Shown here piece after piece: positions 9,710-18,169 of a stretch of 64,000 bases of DNA. The stretch comes from Myxococcota bacterium (GTDB lineage Bacteria; Myxococcota; UBA727; JABDBI01). A program made the translations under genes and the position numbers. Location of the stretch: contig JAZKCZ010000002.1 in the NCBI GenBank assembly GCA_040387835.1, positions 581,818 through 645,817 on the forward strand. Direction: 5' to 3'. Each line of letters opens with the position of its first letter. The first letter of the stretch is position 1. The notes beneath the pieces are model-generated. The model saw only the letters and a program-made list of their open reading frames with translations. It made no database searches and was not told where the DNA came from.

Positions 9710-9752
9710 CCCCCTCCAGATCCTGGAGAGGGATTTAGGGTGAGGTCCCCTC
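9710..9752. repeat. palindromic element copy (ccccctccag atc ctggagaggg + atttagggtgagg) between convergent genes; possible bidirectional terminator
   Basis: Perfect 10-bp inverted repeat at 9710-9732 followed by atttagggtgaggtcccctc. Sits exactly between the ahpC stop (9691) and the stop of the minus-strand gene (9753). Confidence 0.75.
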
Positions 9753-10388
9753 TTAGCTGTTGCTTGATGCAGCTGGTGCACTAACGCCACCTTCTACCAC
9801 AACATTCACAGGAACAGCCACTGGAGCGCCACCACCTGGTGTTACAGGATTTGCAGGAGCTGCGGGTTCAGCGGGTGTTGCAGGTGTTGGGCTCGGTGCA
9901 GCGCCTGGGCCTACTGGAGCAGCGGGTGCTACAGGTCCTGGCGTCAAGGATACGCCGCCAGCTGGCATTGGAGCGATTGCTGAGTCTTTAGACACAATCG
10001 CGCCTTTAGCAGCAACTTCACCTTTGGAAGCCACTTGGGATTGTGATGAAACTTGCTGAGCTTTCGATTCGTGATGAAACAGAGCTTCAATTTTGCTGCC
10101 TAGATCTTGAAACGCAGCTTGAATAGCATGTAGATGAGGATGAGACACCTTCACTTCTACAGTTCCTTGCATTTGAGCTGAACCAGCGGCCATAGGAGCC
10201 ACAGGCGATTTCATCGCTTGCATCGGTGATTTAGGTTCAAAATGATCTTTAGCCGCAACTTTGCTTTCGAGTTTGGCTTCTGCTTTCGCAGGGGCAGCTT
10301 GTGTCGCAACTTGGCTTGCGCCTTTTGCAGCTTCCTGTGCAACTACAGTTTGGGATTTTGCAGGGATTACCATATCTTTTCCGCCCAT
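9753..10388 (-). CDS. low-complexity Ala/Pro/Gln/Lys-rich protein (hypothetical), paralog of the downstream gene
   Basis: 211-aa ORF starting MGGKDM. Strong RBS (AGGAGATAAAGAAC then ATG). Pro/Ala-rich C-terminus. Shares the MGG start and an A/K/Q/T/S-rich composition with 10511..10900. Confidence 0.55.
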   Translation of the reverse strand: MGGKDMVIPAKSQTVVAQEAAKGASQVATQAAPAKAEAKLESKVAAKDHFEPKSPMQAMKSPVAPMAAGSAQMQGTVEVKVSHPHLHAIQAAFQDLGSKIEALFHHESKAQQVSSQSQVASKGEVAAKGAIVSKDSAIAPMPAGGVSLTPGPVAPAAPVGPGAAPSPTPATPAEPAAPANPVTPGGGAPVAVPVNVVVEGGVSAPAASSNS

Positions 10389-10466
10389 GTTCTTTATCTC
10401 CTATTTCGGGTGACCTCGTTGGTCACGAAAAGAACAACATTGTTGGTGCGGCATCTATTTCGAAGT

Positions 10467-10500
10467 GATCCTTCCTCTTTGGATTCAAAGAGGAAGGATC
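10467..10500. promoter_or_regulatory. perfect hairpin (14-bp arms, 6-nt loop) between the two paralogous genes
   Basis: gatccttcctcttt ggattc aaagaggaaggatc. No U-tract on either strand. Downstream of the 10511..10900 stop and upstream of the 9753..10388 start. A second short palindrome, gtgacc tcgtt ggtcac, lies at 10408-10424. Confidence 0.5.
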
Positions 10501-10510
10501 TAACTAGTAA

Positions 10511-10900
10511 CTACTTCTTAGCTACAAAAGTAGGAACTTGTTGGGCAGCTTGTTGCACAACGGATTGAGCTTGGCTTTGGCTTTGGCCTTTAGCTTCGCT
10601 CTTAGCAGCTGGAGCTGCAGTACCGCAAGACTTAGCAGCTACTGTTTGTGATTGTGTTTGTGTTTGACCTTTAGCAGCTGGCACAGTTTGAGCTTGTGAC
10701 TGTGTTTGGCCTTTTGCACATGGAACTTCAGTCATTTTGCTAGCTGATTTAGGAGCAGCCAATACGTCGATTGGGATCGCGCCTTTAGCAGGAGCTGTTT
10801 GGCACTGTGATTGTGTTTGACCCTTAGCTGCAGGTACTGGTACCTGTTGTTGAGCTTGGGTTTGTGTTTGGCTTTTGCTTGCTGGTGTTAATCCGCCCAT
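10511..10900 (-). CDS. low-complexity repeat protein with AKGQTQSQ-type repeats (hypothetical)
   Basis: 129 aa, starts MGGLTPASKSQTQTQ. RBS AAGAGG. About 15-aa imperfect tandem repeats (PAAKGQTQSQCQTA, CAKGQTQSQAQTV, AAKGQTQTQSQTV). Confidence 0.55.
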   Translation of the reverse strand: MGGLTPASKSQTQTQAQQQVPVPAAKGQTQSQCQTAPAKGAIPIDVLAAPKSASKMTEVPCAKGQTQSQAQTVPAAKGQTQTQSQTVAAKSCGTAAPAAKSEAKGQSQSQAQSVVQQAAQQVPTFVAKK

Positions 10901-11012
10901 AATGTATACCTCTTTTTTGTTTAGATCTCATCAGGCGCCTCCACTGTGGTTGCACCTGCCCACAAGAACTCCTTGTGTAAGATTCTTTATTCCGGACGGG
11001 CGCATTTTGGAC

Positions 11013-11040
11013 TTGACACATTGTTTTAATATACTAATAT
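11013..11040 (+). promoter_or_regulatory. sigma70-like promoter (TTGACA, 16 nt, TAATAT) giving a near-leaderless transcript for the 11054 gene
   Basis: TTGACA at 11013-11018, TAATAT at 11035-11040, ATG at 11054. The predicted TSS would be only about 7 nt upstream of the start codon. Confidence 0.45.
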
Positions 11041-11053
11041 TTGCCACTCAATA

Positions 11054-12259
11054 ATGAGTCGAATATTTTACATAGTTTTGATTTTTCTGAGCGCGTGCGC
11101 GCCTCAGTTTAATTCAGAGCCATCTGAAATTCATTACAAGATCACGCCCCAGGCAAATGGATTTTTGGTGGAGATCACGCACGACGCGTCCGTTGCCCCG
11201 ACCATGACTTCGCCAGCTTACTATTCGACTTTTTCTCTGCAATCCAGCGGAAATGACCATACCGTCCGCTATTTTATCAAGCCCGCTCGCAGACAGGCAC
11301 ATGGCCCTTCGGATACCCAAATAGATCTATCTGAAGGTTTTTTCAAAACCTCAGGATATGGCTTAATCGCCTGCTTGGGCCGGAAATGGGATGAAGCCAA
11401 ATCAGTTCGCATCACCTGGCAAGCTCCAAAACCCTGGCGGTTTGCCAATTCCTTTTCAGCCGGAGCTACGCAGCAATCGTTTAAAGCGAGCTGTTATCAA
11501 CTTCAAAACGCTCTATATGCTGGCGGAACCAACCTGCGCTTCTACGAAACCCCTTTAGCTACCGTGGCCATTTCTAATAACGCTTCCGAAAAGGTTAATA
11601 AGAAATTAATTGCGACAGTTAAAAAGAACATGGTGAAAGTTAAAGATTTCTGGGGCGAGCTTGACGATGCCAAAGAATATTATTTTGTTTTGATTCATCC
11701 AGCGAATGGCAACGAGCACGGTGGTACCGCGCAATTTCAGTCTTTTCAATTAGCGCTTGCTGATTTTACGCCTTCTGACGCTTCTAAAGAGTTAGATCAT
11801 CTGATTGCGCATGAATATTTCCATCAATGGAACGGCATTAAAATCAACGTACCAGTGAGCACACAGCATGAAGTCCGCTGGTTCGTGGAAGGGTTCACGG
11901 ACTATTTTGCCTTTTCCATCTCAGGGCACACAGCAAACTTCAGCAATAGGTTCGAGAATGTCAGCCTTAAAAATTATGTCTCTGACATGAAAACTCATTT
12001 TGATGTTCCGTACATACAAGGCCGAAAAATCGCGGCTGATATGGATAAAGCAATCCAAAATTATTCAAGTCGTAAGCTTGAGCATTTGATGCGCCATATT
12101 GTTAGGCGATCGCAAGCAGATCCGCTATTTTACTTAACGCAGGCAAGCATCTTGGGCGTCATTTGCGAAGGCAACTATATGAACTGTGACCAAGCACACC
12201 AACTGATAGAAAACCATGTCAACCTAGGCCATCCATTTGTCACGGCGTCTCGAGATTAA
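11054..12259 (+). CDS. gluzincin zinc metallopeptidase lipoprotein (M1/M61-like)
   Basis: Lipoprotein signal (LIFLSAC). HEYFHQWNG HExxHxW motif followed by WFVEGFTDY, resembling the M1 NEGFA motif. Confidence 0.6.
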   Translation: MSRIFYIVLIFLSACAPQFNSEPSEIHYKITPQANGFLVEITHDASVAPTMTSPAYYSTFSLQSSGNDHTVRYFIKPARRQAHGPSDTQIDLSEGFFKTSGYGLIACLGRKWDEAKSVRITWQAPKPWRFANSFSAGATQQSFKASCYQLQNALYAGGTNLRFYETPLATVAISNNASEKVNKKLIATVKKNMVKVKDFWGELDDAKEYYFVLIHPANGNEHGGTAQFQSFQLALADFTPSDASKELDHLIAHEYFHQWNGIKINVPVSTQHEVRWFVEGFTDYFAFSISGHTANFSNRFENVSLKNYVSDMKTHFDVPYIQGRKIAADMDKAIQNYSSRKLEHLMRHIVRRSQADPLFYLTQASILGVICEGNYMNCDQAHQLIENHVNLGHPFVTASRD

Positions 12260-13778
12260 GCATCAAATCTTCAGCTTCCTTGTCGGTCAGCAAATTAGAC
12301 TCCAGAGAATCTCGGTAAGAAATTCGAGCAATTTGCTTGAGTTGCTTTTCGATCGCAGTCAAACGAAGGCCAGCGGCTTGCTGAAATGAAGCTTCTGCTT
12401 GCCTCGCTTCCATGCCTTTCAAAATTTCCACGCGCTCCGCTTGAAGCGTTGCGATCAGGGCTTTAGCAGCTGGCAAATCTTGAGATGACAACTTAGAAAT
12501 AGCTTCCAGCTGGGCTTTGATTGCTTTGAGACGTGCCAAGCTTTTGCTTAAGAAAGAAACCGCTTCGGTCCTAATAGGCATCATTTTTAGCCAACGCAGC
12601 AACATGCCCAGGGTTGAGCCCTGGAAAACAACCGACATCACCACCACCCCGAAAGTCATGGCGATTAAAGTTTGCTTAAACTCAATGCTATCAGGCAGCG
12701 ACAATGCCAAAACCATAGACAATGCCCCCCGCAGGCCTGCCCACCAAATCACTGTCGCGCTTTTGCCATCGAGCGGCTGGCCCATCCGGCGCAAAATCGG
12801 CAGTGGCAAATAAACAGAAGCGGCTCTAGCAGCCAAGACAGCAAAATAGGCCATGATAATCACAGGTATATTGCTCATGAGCAAAGGCACATTGACTTCA
12901 AGCCCCATCATTAAGAAAACAATGCTGCTGACAAAGAACGCCACGTATTCCCAAAAGCTGGTCACGGCTACACGGGTGTTGGGGTTAAAACCCTTTTGAT
13001 AACCAAAGTTACCCACAAAAAGACCAGCCATCACAGTCGCCAAAATGCCCGACATGTGAATCTTTTCGGCCACCAAATACGACCCATACGCCGTCACGGT
13101 GGTGATCGCGATGGAAATCAAATGATCCTCTGCTAAAGTGATGATGAAGCTGGCAAAAAGACCAAACATCGATCCAATCAGCAGCCCACCCATCGAATAA
13201 CTAATCAGCTGAAGCATGCTCTCAGACCACTCGAAGTGTCCCAGGCTCAACGCCGTCAAGACTGCATGGTAGAAAATAATCGCCGTTCCATCGTTAAATA
13301 AGCTTTCGCCTTCAATCAAAAGCGCCAAACGCCTATCAACCCCCAGCTGACGCAGCAGGCTGATCACAGAAACTGGATCGGTCGCTGCAATAATCGTGCC
13401 GAACAACAGAAAGTGTAAAAAACCATAGGCGTGAGACAAGCCAAAGATCGAAAAGCCGAGCCATAAAGCCAAAGCCGTTAAAACCGCAGCCAAAAGGACG
13501 CCAGGCAATGCAAATGTGGCAATGGTCGGCGAGAATTGCCTAAGTTCCCGAGCTGGAAAATGGATGGCTGCTTCAAATAATAATGCTGGCAGAAATACTG
13601 TCATCATTAATTCAGGCGTTAATTTTAAGTTGGGAACAATGTTTAACGCATTAATGCCAAGCCCAACCAATACCAAGGAAACGGTATAAGGAACTTTAAC
13701 TCGAGAGGCCACGATTCCTACAATGGTGGCCACCATCATCAGCGAGACCAGAGCCTCGATCGTTTCAAATTCTGCCAT
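12240..13778 (-). CDS. Na+/H+ antiporter, CPA1/NhaP family
   Basis: 512 aa, about 11 TM Na_H_exchanger core plus a C-terminal cytoplasmic coiled-coil tail. Confidence 0.8.
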   Translation of the reverse strand: MAEFETIEALVSLMMVATIVGIVASRVKVPYTVSLVLVGLGINALNIVPNLKLTPELMMTVFLPALLFEAAIHFPARELRQFSPTIATFALPGVLLAAVLTALALWLGFSIFGLSHAYGFLHFLLFGTIIAATDPVSVISLLRQLGVDRRLALLIEGESLFNDGTAIIFYHAVLTALSLGHFEWSESMLQLISYSMGGLLIGSMFGLFASFIITLAEDHLISIAITTVTAYGSYLVAEKIHMSGILATVMAGLFVGNFGYQKGFNPNTRVAVTSFWEYVAFFVSSIVFLMMGLEVNVPLLMSNIPVIIMAYFAVLAARAASVYLPLPILRRMGQPLDGKSATVIWWAGLRGALSMVLALSLPDSIEFKQTLIAMTFGVVVMSVVFQGSTLGMLLRWLKMMPIRTEAVSFLSKSLARLKAIKAQLEAISKLSSQDLPAAKALIATLQAERVEILKGMEARQAEASFQQAAGLRLTAIEKQLKQIARISYRDSLESNLLTDKEAEDLMLNLETP

Positions 13779-15379
13779 TATTCATACCTGCCGTCATAAT
13801 ATTGTAAAAACTGCTTCTCTGCCGCACTTAAAACACTTTCATCAATCAGTCGCTTATCCAAAGGGCAAAAAGAGAGCGGCTCAACCTTCAAAAAGTCTGA
13901 AAGTTCAGGATCTTCGTTCACGGTACAAAGATTTTCAATGCGAACACCACCGAAGTCTTCGATATAGATACCCGGCTCAATCGAAAAAACCTGTCCGATT
14001 TCAATGGGTGCGGTACCAACCGTGGAAATCCTAGGAGGATTCTCATGCACATTGATGCCAACACCATGCCCTGTTCCGTGGTTATATTGGTAGCCCTGCC
14101 TCCAAATCGGATCGCGGACAATGCCATCTAAACTCGCTCCAGCCGTGCCCTTGGGAAATCTAGCTGACATGCCAGCAATAGAGCCTTTTAAAACCGCTGT
14201 ATAGATCTTCTTTTGTAATTCGCTGGCTTTTTGATCGGGGCCGCCCAACAAAAAAGTACGGGTCAAATCAGTAGCGTACCCGCCCTCATAATAAGCACCG
14301 ACATCCAGCAAAAATAAATCGCCCAATCGCAACGGCTCTTTATCCTCGGGCGTTCCATGATGAATCTGTGCGCCATTCTTGCCACCACCACAAATAGGTT
14401 TAAACGACAGGCCCGTAACCCCAGATTTTTCAAACTCTACGCGAGTCTGCGCATCCACCATTGCCTCGGTTAAGAAAGTGCCTGAAGCCATCTGTCCGCA
14501 CACCCATTGCTGCACTTTATCGACCACGCGATCTGCGCGTGCAATGGCGCTGCGCATATGAGCGAGCTCTGCGCTATTTTTGATGGATTTCATCGCTTGA
14601 AACGGGCTTTGCACAAAAACGATCTCGGCACCAGCCTGCTCCAGTTCTCGGCGCACCGCTTCGGGTGTCAGCGCTGGATCCAGGCCAATACGAGCTTTCT
14701 TTTTAAGGAAAATCGGTCCCTGCAAAATTTCCAAATGATCTGCATAGGCCAACGCACGCGCCGAAAAGACCATCTGATAGGGAAACTCACTGCTACGCTC
14801 GTTGCTCAACCAAGCAATCTCATCCAGCGGAACCACCAAAAATGCATCCAGCTTATTCGCCGCGAAAAATGGCGCAGCACGTTTTAACCGATCAGCCGTG
14901 GTCTCACCCGTACAAGCAAGCGGCGCCTGCCAACGTTTTGCGGTGCTCTGAGCAATTTCTGGCCCAAATGCAGGAAGCTCAATCAAACTAATGCCGTGCT
15001 TTTCTGCCTCTGCCTTAAGCCGATTGTAAAGATTGACCGACATACGGTCTGACTCAATGCCAAGACGCGTATTCGGAAAGTTAGCAAGCTCGCTCAGCCA
15101 TGCCGCTTCAATAGATTGACCCAAAGGCAGCACGCGAACATCGAAATCAGTGGCCTCATTTTTGGCCTGAATGGCATAACGGCCATCAACAAACAAAATA
15201 CCTTTTTGACGCACCACCAAGACATCGCCCACAGATCCAGCAAAGCCCGTCAAATAGACCCTGCGACTTTGTTCGGAGGGCACGTACTCGTTCAAATATG
15301 AGTCGGTCGAGCGAACCAAGGCGCCGTCTAACCGGTGGGATTGAAGCATTTCCAGAAAGAGTGTTAGGCGCTGATTCAT
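13778..15379 (-). CDS. pepP: Xaa-Pro aminopeptidase (M24B, aminopeptidase P)
   Basis: Creatinase-like N-terminal domain. M24 metal-ligand signature HGTGHGVGINVHE plus downstream SIEPGIY. Confidence 0.85.
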   Translation of the reverse strand: MNQRLTLFLEMLQSHRLDGALVRSTDSYLNEYVPSEQSRRVYLTGFAGSVGDVLVVRQKGILFVDGRYAIQAKNEATDFDVRVLPLGQSIEAAWLSELANFPNTRLGIESDRMSVNLYNRLKAEAEKHGISLIELPAFGPEIAQSTAKRWQAPLACTGETTADRLKRAAPFFAANKLDAFLVVPLDEIAWLSNERSSEFPYQMVFSARALAYADHLEILQGPIFLKKKARIGLDPALTPEAVRRELEQAGAEIVFVQSPFQAMKSIKNSAELAHMRSAIARADRVVDKVQQWVCGQMASGTFLTEAMVDAQTRVEFEKSGVTGLSFKPICGGGKNGAQIHHGTPEDKEPLRLGDLFLLDVGAYYEGGYATDLTRTFLLGGPDQKASELQKKIYTAVLKGSIAGMSARFPKGTAGASLDGIVRDPIWRQGYQYNHGTGHGVGINVHENPPRISTVGTAPIEIGQVFSIEPGIYIEDFGGVRIENLCTVNEDPELSDFLKVEPLSFCPLDKRLIDESVLSAAEKQFLQYYDGRYE

Positions 15380-15436
15380 GGTCGAGATTTATAACCCACT
15401 TTGCACCCTCAAGCAATTTCTGTAACAAATGTATCT

Positions 15437-15700
15437 ATGAGATGGTTGGTAATAGTGTTAATGTTAGCAGGACTGGCTTGCAGCCCCTGCAGAAATTTGG
15501 CCGAAAAAATTTGTGATTGCAGGACCAGCCAGAGCGATGCAACAGCGTGTAAGAAGAATTTAGACTTCGCCAAGCAGCATAAATACTTTGGGCAAGCCGT
15601 CGATGAAAATAGATGCCAAGAAATATTAGATAGCCCAGATTGTACCTGCGAAGCTATTTTATCGAATCAATTTGAGAAATGTGGATTTACCCGAAAATGA
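15437..15700 (+). CDS. small Cys-rich lipoprotein (hypothetical)
   Basis: ORF 15401..15700. The Met at 15437 gives MRWLVIVLMLAGLACS, a lipobox-like signal. 9 Cys. The stop overlaps the pssA start (ATGA). Confidence 0.4.
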   Translation: MRWLVIVLMLAGLACSPCRNLAEKICDCRTSQSDATACKKNLDFAKQHKYFGQAVDENRCQEILDSPDCTCEAILSNQFEKCGFTRK

Positions 15701-16449
15701 GCCGCTTTAAATTAAGAAATGCCCTGTTTATTTTGCCTAATGCTTTTACCGTATCATCCATATTCTGCGGTATGTACGCCATCTGGCATGGCCTAACCGG
15801 CAACACACCTGAAACCCTTTATGAATCCGCCATTGCAGTATTTTTTGCCGGATTCTTCGATCTATTTGATGGTCGCGTTGCTCGCATGACCAAAACGCAA
15901 AGCGAATTCGGCGTCCAGCTCGATTCACTCGCTGATGTGATCAGCTTTGGCATTGCCCCTGCACTGCTAGTGTACAAATGGGCCCTAGAACCACTCGAAG
16001 CTGTTGGGTTTATCGGCGTATTTTTTTACGCTGCCTGCGGCGCCATCAGGCTCGCCAGATTCAACGTGATGGCTGCCCGGGACAATGGCGCTTCAAGCTA
16101 TTTTATCGGCCTGCCCATTCCTTTGGCCGCATCCGTCATGATCGCTTCACTGATCGCACATCTCAAATTATTTGAAGGCGATGCCGTTAAGCATCCATTA
16201 TGGATTTTGTGGCTGGTAATTATCTTAGGCGTGTTGATGGTTAGCACGGTTCCTTACTGGACTTTCAAAAACTACAAATTTAACCGCCAAACCGTGATGC
16301 TCGGGCTGGTTTTCGTTTTGATGGGCTGGTGGTTTAGGCTGCATTATCCCACAAGTTTAGGCATCGTGACCCTCCTCAGTATTTATATTCTGGCTGGATT
16401 TTCACGTTTTATTTGGATTCGTGTATACTCCAAATCAAAGGAGCGTTAA
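15697..16449 (+). CDS. pssA: CDP-diacylglycerol--serine O-phosphatidyltransferase (CDP-alcohol phosphatidyltransferase family)
   Basis: DGRVAR...G.QLDSLAD CDP-OH transferase signature. Multi-TM. ATGA-coupled to the upstream ORF. Confidence 0.8.
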   Translation: MSRFKLRNALFILPNAFTVSSIFCGMYAIWHGLTGNTPETLYESAIAVFFAGFFDLFDGRVARMTKTQSEFGVQLDSLADVISFGIAPALLVYKWALEPLEAVGFIGVFFYAACGAIRLARFNVMAARDNGASSYFIGLPIPLAASVMIASLIAHLKLFEGDAVKHPLWILWLVIILGVLMVSTVPYWTFKNYKFNRQTVMLGLVFVLMGWWFRLHYPTSLGIVTLLSIYILAGFSRFIWIRVYSKSKER

Positions 16450-16452
16450 GCG

Positions 16453-16737
16453 ATGTACAACTCGAAATGCAAATGTCCCCACCATTCAATATCTTTCATT
16501 TTTGTGGCCCTGATTGGGTTAACCTGGTTGCTATTTGAATTGGGAACCATCACCCTTCATACCGCCAATTTGGCCTGGCCAATCTTGCTAATCTTGATCG
16601 GTCTTCAAAAAGCTTTTGGTGGCATGTGCAATTGCTGCATGAAGTCCGGTAGCTGCAGTTGCGGTCGAAGTGACTGCAAATGCTGCTCGAAATCTAGCTG
16701 CAGCACGGATCCGAACCAAATTCCGTCGCAGCGCTAA
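16453..16737 (+). CDS. small membrane protein with Cys-rich C-terminal tail (hypothetical)
   Basis: AAGGAG RBS 7 nt upstream. Two TM segments, then MCNCCMKSGSCSCGRSDCKCCSKSSC. The 3' 150 nt overlap the end of the convergent 16588..17583 gene, so the true extent is uncertain. Confidence 0.45.
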   Translation: MYNSKCKCPHHSISFIFVALIGLTWLLFELGTITLHTANLAWPILLILIGLQKAFGGMCNCCMKSGSCSCGRSDCKCCSKSSCSTDPNQIPSQR

Positions 16738-17583
16738 GATCGGTCTCGCCAGATAGTAAGCGAAAAACAGATAATCTGGCAAAGCCAAGTCCTGAAAGTC
16801 GTTCACCCTTGGGATGAACAAACTTAAACAGAACTTGGCTTTATTTTTTAGTTTCGCTCGTAAGTTCAGCCGATGCACCCAAGCGTTGAGCTGCCAAACG
16901 TAATTGTCATTGCGAGCCAAGCGAAGCAATCCAGGATCCTGGATTGCCGCGTCGCTTCGCGCCTCGCAATGACGAGTTAGACCTTCTTTTAAAAAGCGCG
17001 TTAAATCATAATTCTCAGCGACTTTCCAAAGCAGATGCCAGTCCAAATTGCCATACCGCTCCAATAGAAACTTGATATCTAAGCCCCATTGCCCCCTCTG
17101 CCACAAAGACTCACTGCCATGGGCGCACAAATATAACAGGTTATATTCAGGCGAAAGCTGCTTGATATTTTGGTCTCCCACTCGGATTTCCTGAAGCGGG
17201 ACATCAAACACCGAAAAACACCCTATATCTTGAAATAAGCGCCAGTGCAGTTCTAAGCAAATCTGCTTTCTAGGGTGCCAATAAACAAAGTCTTTGCTGT
17301 GCTTCAAATGAGATTTCCGTTGCGCAGGACTAAACAAAAACCGTTCATAACCTTCCGTGCACAAAATATCATCTGCCAAGAATATATCTTGTGGCCGAAT
17401 GACAAAATCAAGGTCGTTAGAACTCCGTGCCCCTAAATCACCATAAAGCTCCAATGCCAACAGCGGACCTTTAATAGAAACCAACGGTATCGATTTAGCT
17501 TCAAATAGCCGCACCAAACGCACCAGTTCTGAAACCTGATTTAAAGCGAAAAGCGCTTTTACGGACATACATCCTCGAAGCAT
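16588..17583 (-). CDS. nucleotidyltransferase-fold protein of the type found in lasso/RiPP clusters (pol-beta-like NTase)
   Basis: GDLGARSSNDLD matches the G-x-R-x(n)-D-x-D minimal NTase motif. About 330 aa. Overlaps the B2 stop, so likely translationally coupled. Confidence 0.6.
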   Translation of the reverse strand: MLRGCMSVKALFALNQVSELVRLVRLFEAKSIPLVSIKGPLLALELYGDLGARSSNDLDFVIRPQDIFLADDILCTEGYERFLFSPAQRKSHLKHSKDFVYWHPRKQICLELHWRLFQDIGCFSVFDVPLQEIRVGDQNIKQLSPEYNLLYLCAHGSESLWQRGQWGLDIKFLLERYGNLDWHLLWKVAENYDLTRFLKEGLTRHCEARSDAAIQDPGLLRLARNDNYVWQLNAWVHRLNLRAKLKNKAKFCLSLFIPRVNDFQDLALPDYLFFAYYLARPILALRRNLVRIRAAARFRAAFAVTSTATAATGLHAAIAHATKSFLKTDQD

Positions 17584-17957
17584 TCAAGCGCCACGTAGCC
17601 GACCGCATCTTCATGTTCCAGCCACGCATGAGCGGTAAAGACCTGATGCTCGCGTTTAACGCCTAAATAAAGTTTATTAGCGAGTCGCCGCCGCCGCAGC
17701 ATCAACTTGGTTGCCAAGGTTTGCTCGAGACACTTTGCCTGCCAAGGCACTTGTAGAGAAACTCGCTGCACCCAGCTGCGAATCCATTGATTAACGGCAG
17801 GGTTTTCGATTTTGGCTTTACCACGCAACTTGTTAGCAATGGACTGGAAGGGCATTCGCAATAAAATCAATCTCGCTAAAATCAGACAGCAGACTGCTTC
17901 AACAACAAGCCCTGCTCGTTTAACGCGTTTAAAAAAATCAAAACTTCTTCTTGGCAC
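17559..17957 (-). CDS. lasso-peptide-type leader peptidase B2 (transglutaminase-like Cys protease)
   Basis: AKCLEQTLATKLMLRRRRL...LGV...FTAHAWLEHEDAVGYVALE matches the B2 signature (catalytic Cys, HAW[VL]E, Asp). 132 aa. Confidence 0.75.
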   Translation of the reverse strand: MPRRSFDFFKRVKRAGLVVEAVCCLILARLILLRMPFQSIANKLRGKAKIENPAVNQWIRSWVQRVSLQVPWQAKCLEQTLATKLMLRRRRLANKLYLGVKREHQVFTAHAWLEHEDAVGYVALECFEDVCP

Positions 17958-18169
17958 TTAAGTGGTGTTACCTCGAATTCCTGGACCAGGCGGTCACATA
18001 GTGATGCCACGGTCCGGGATTCTTCAAGCAACTCCCAAATACGCCTTCCAACGGAATTAACGCCATAATATCTGCCTGTTTGTATACTGAGCATCACCAA
18101 GTCTTCATCAAACGAAGCGCTGATCAGGTCGGAGTTTCTGATGATTCGTTCGTTCAATGCGATGGTCAT
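17882..18169 (-). CDS. PqqD-like RiPP recognition element protein (lasso B1-like); alternative upstream start at 18211
   Basis: ISASFDEDLVMLSIQTGRYYGVNSVGRRIWELLEESRTVASLCDRLVQEFEV is PqqD-family-like. A start at M15 (18169) gives 95 aa, the canonical size. Confidence 0.7.
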   Translation of the reverse strand: MTIALNERIIRNSDLISASFDEDLVMLSIQTGRYYGVNSVGRRIWELLEESRTVASLCDRLVQEFEVTPLKCQEEVLIFLNALNEQGLLLKQSAV

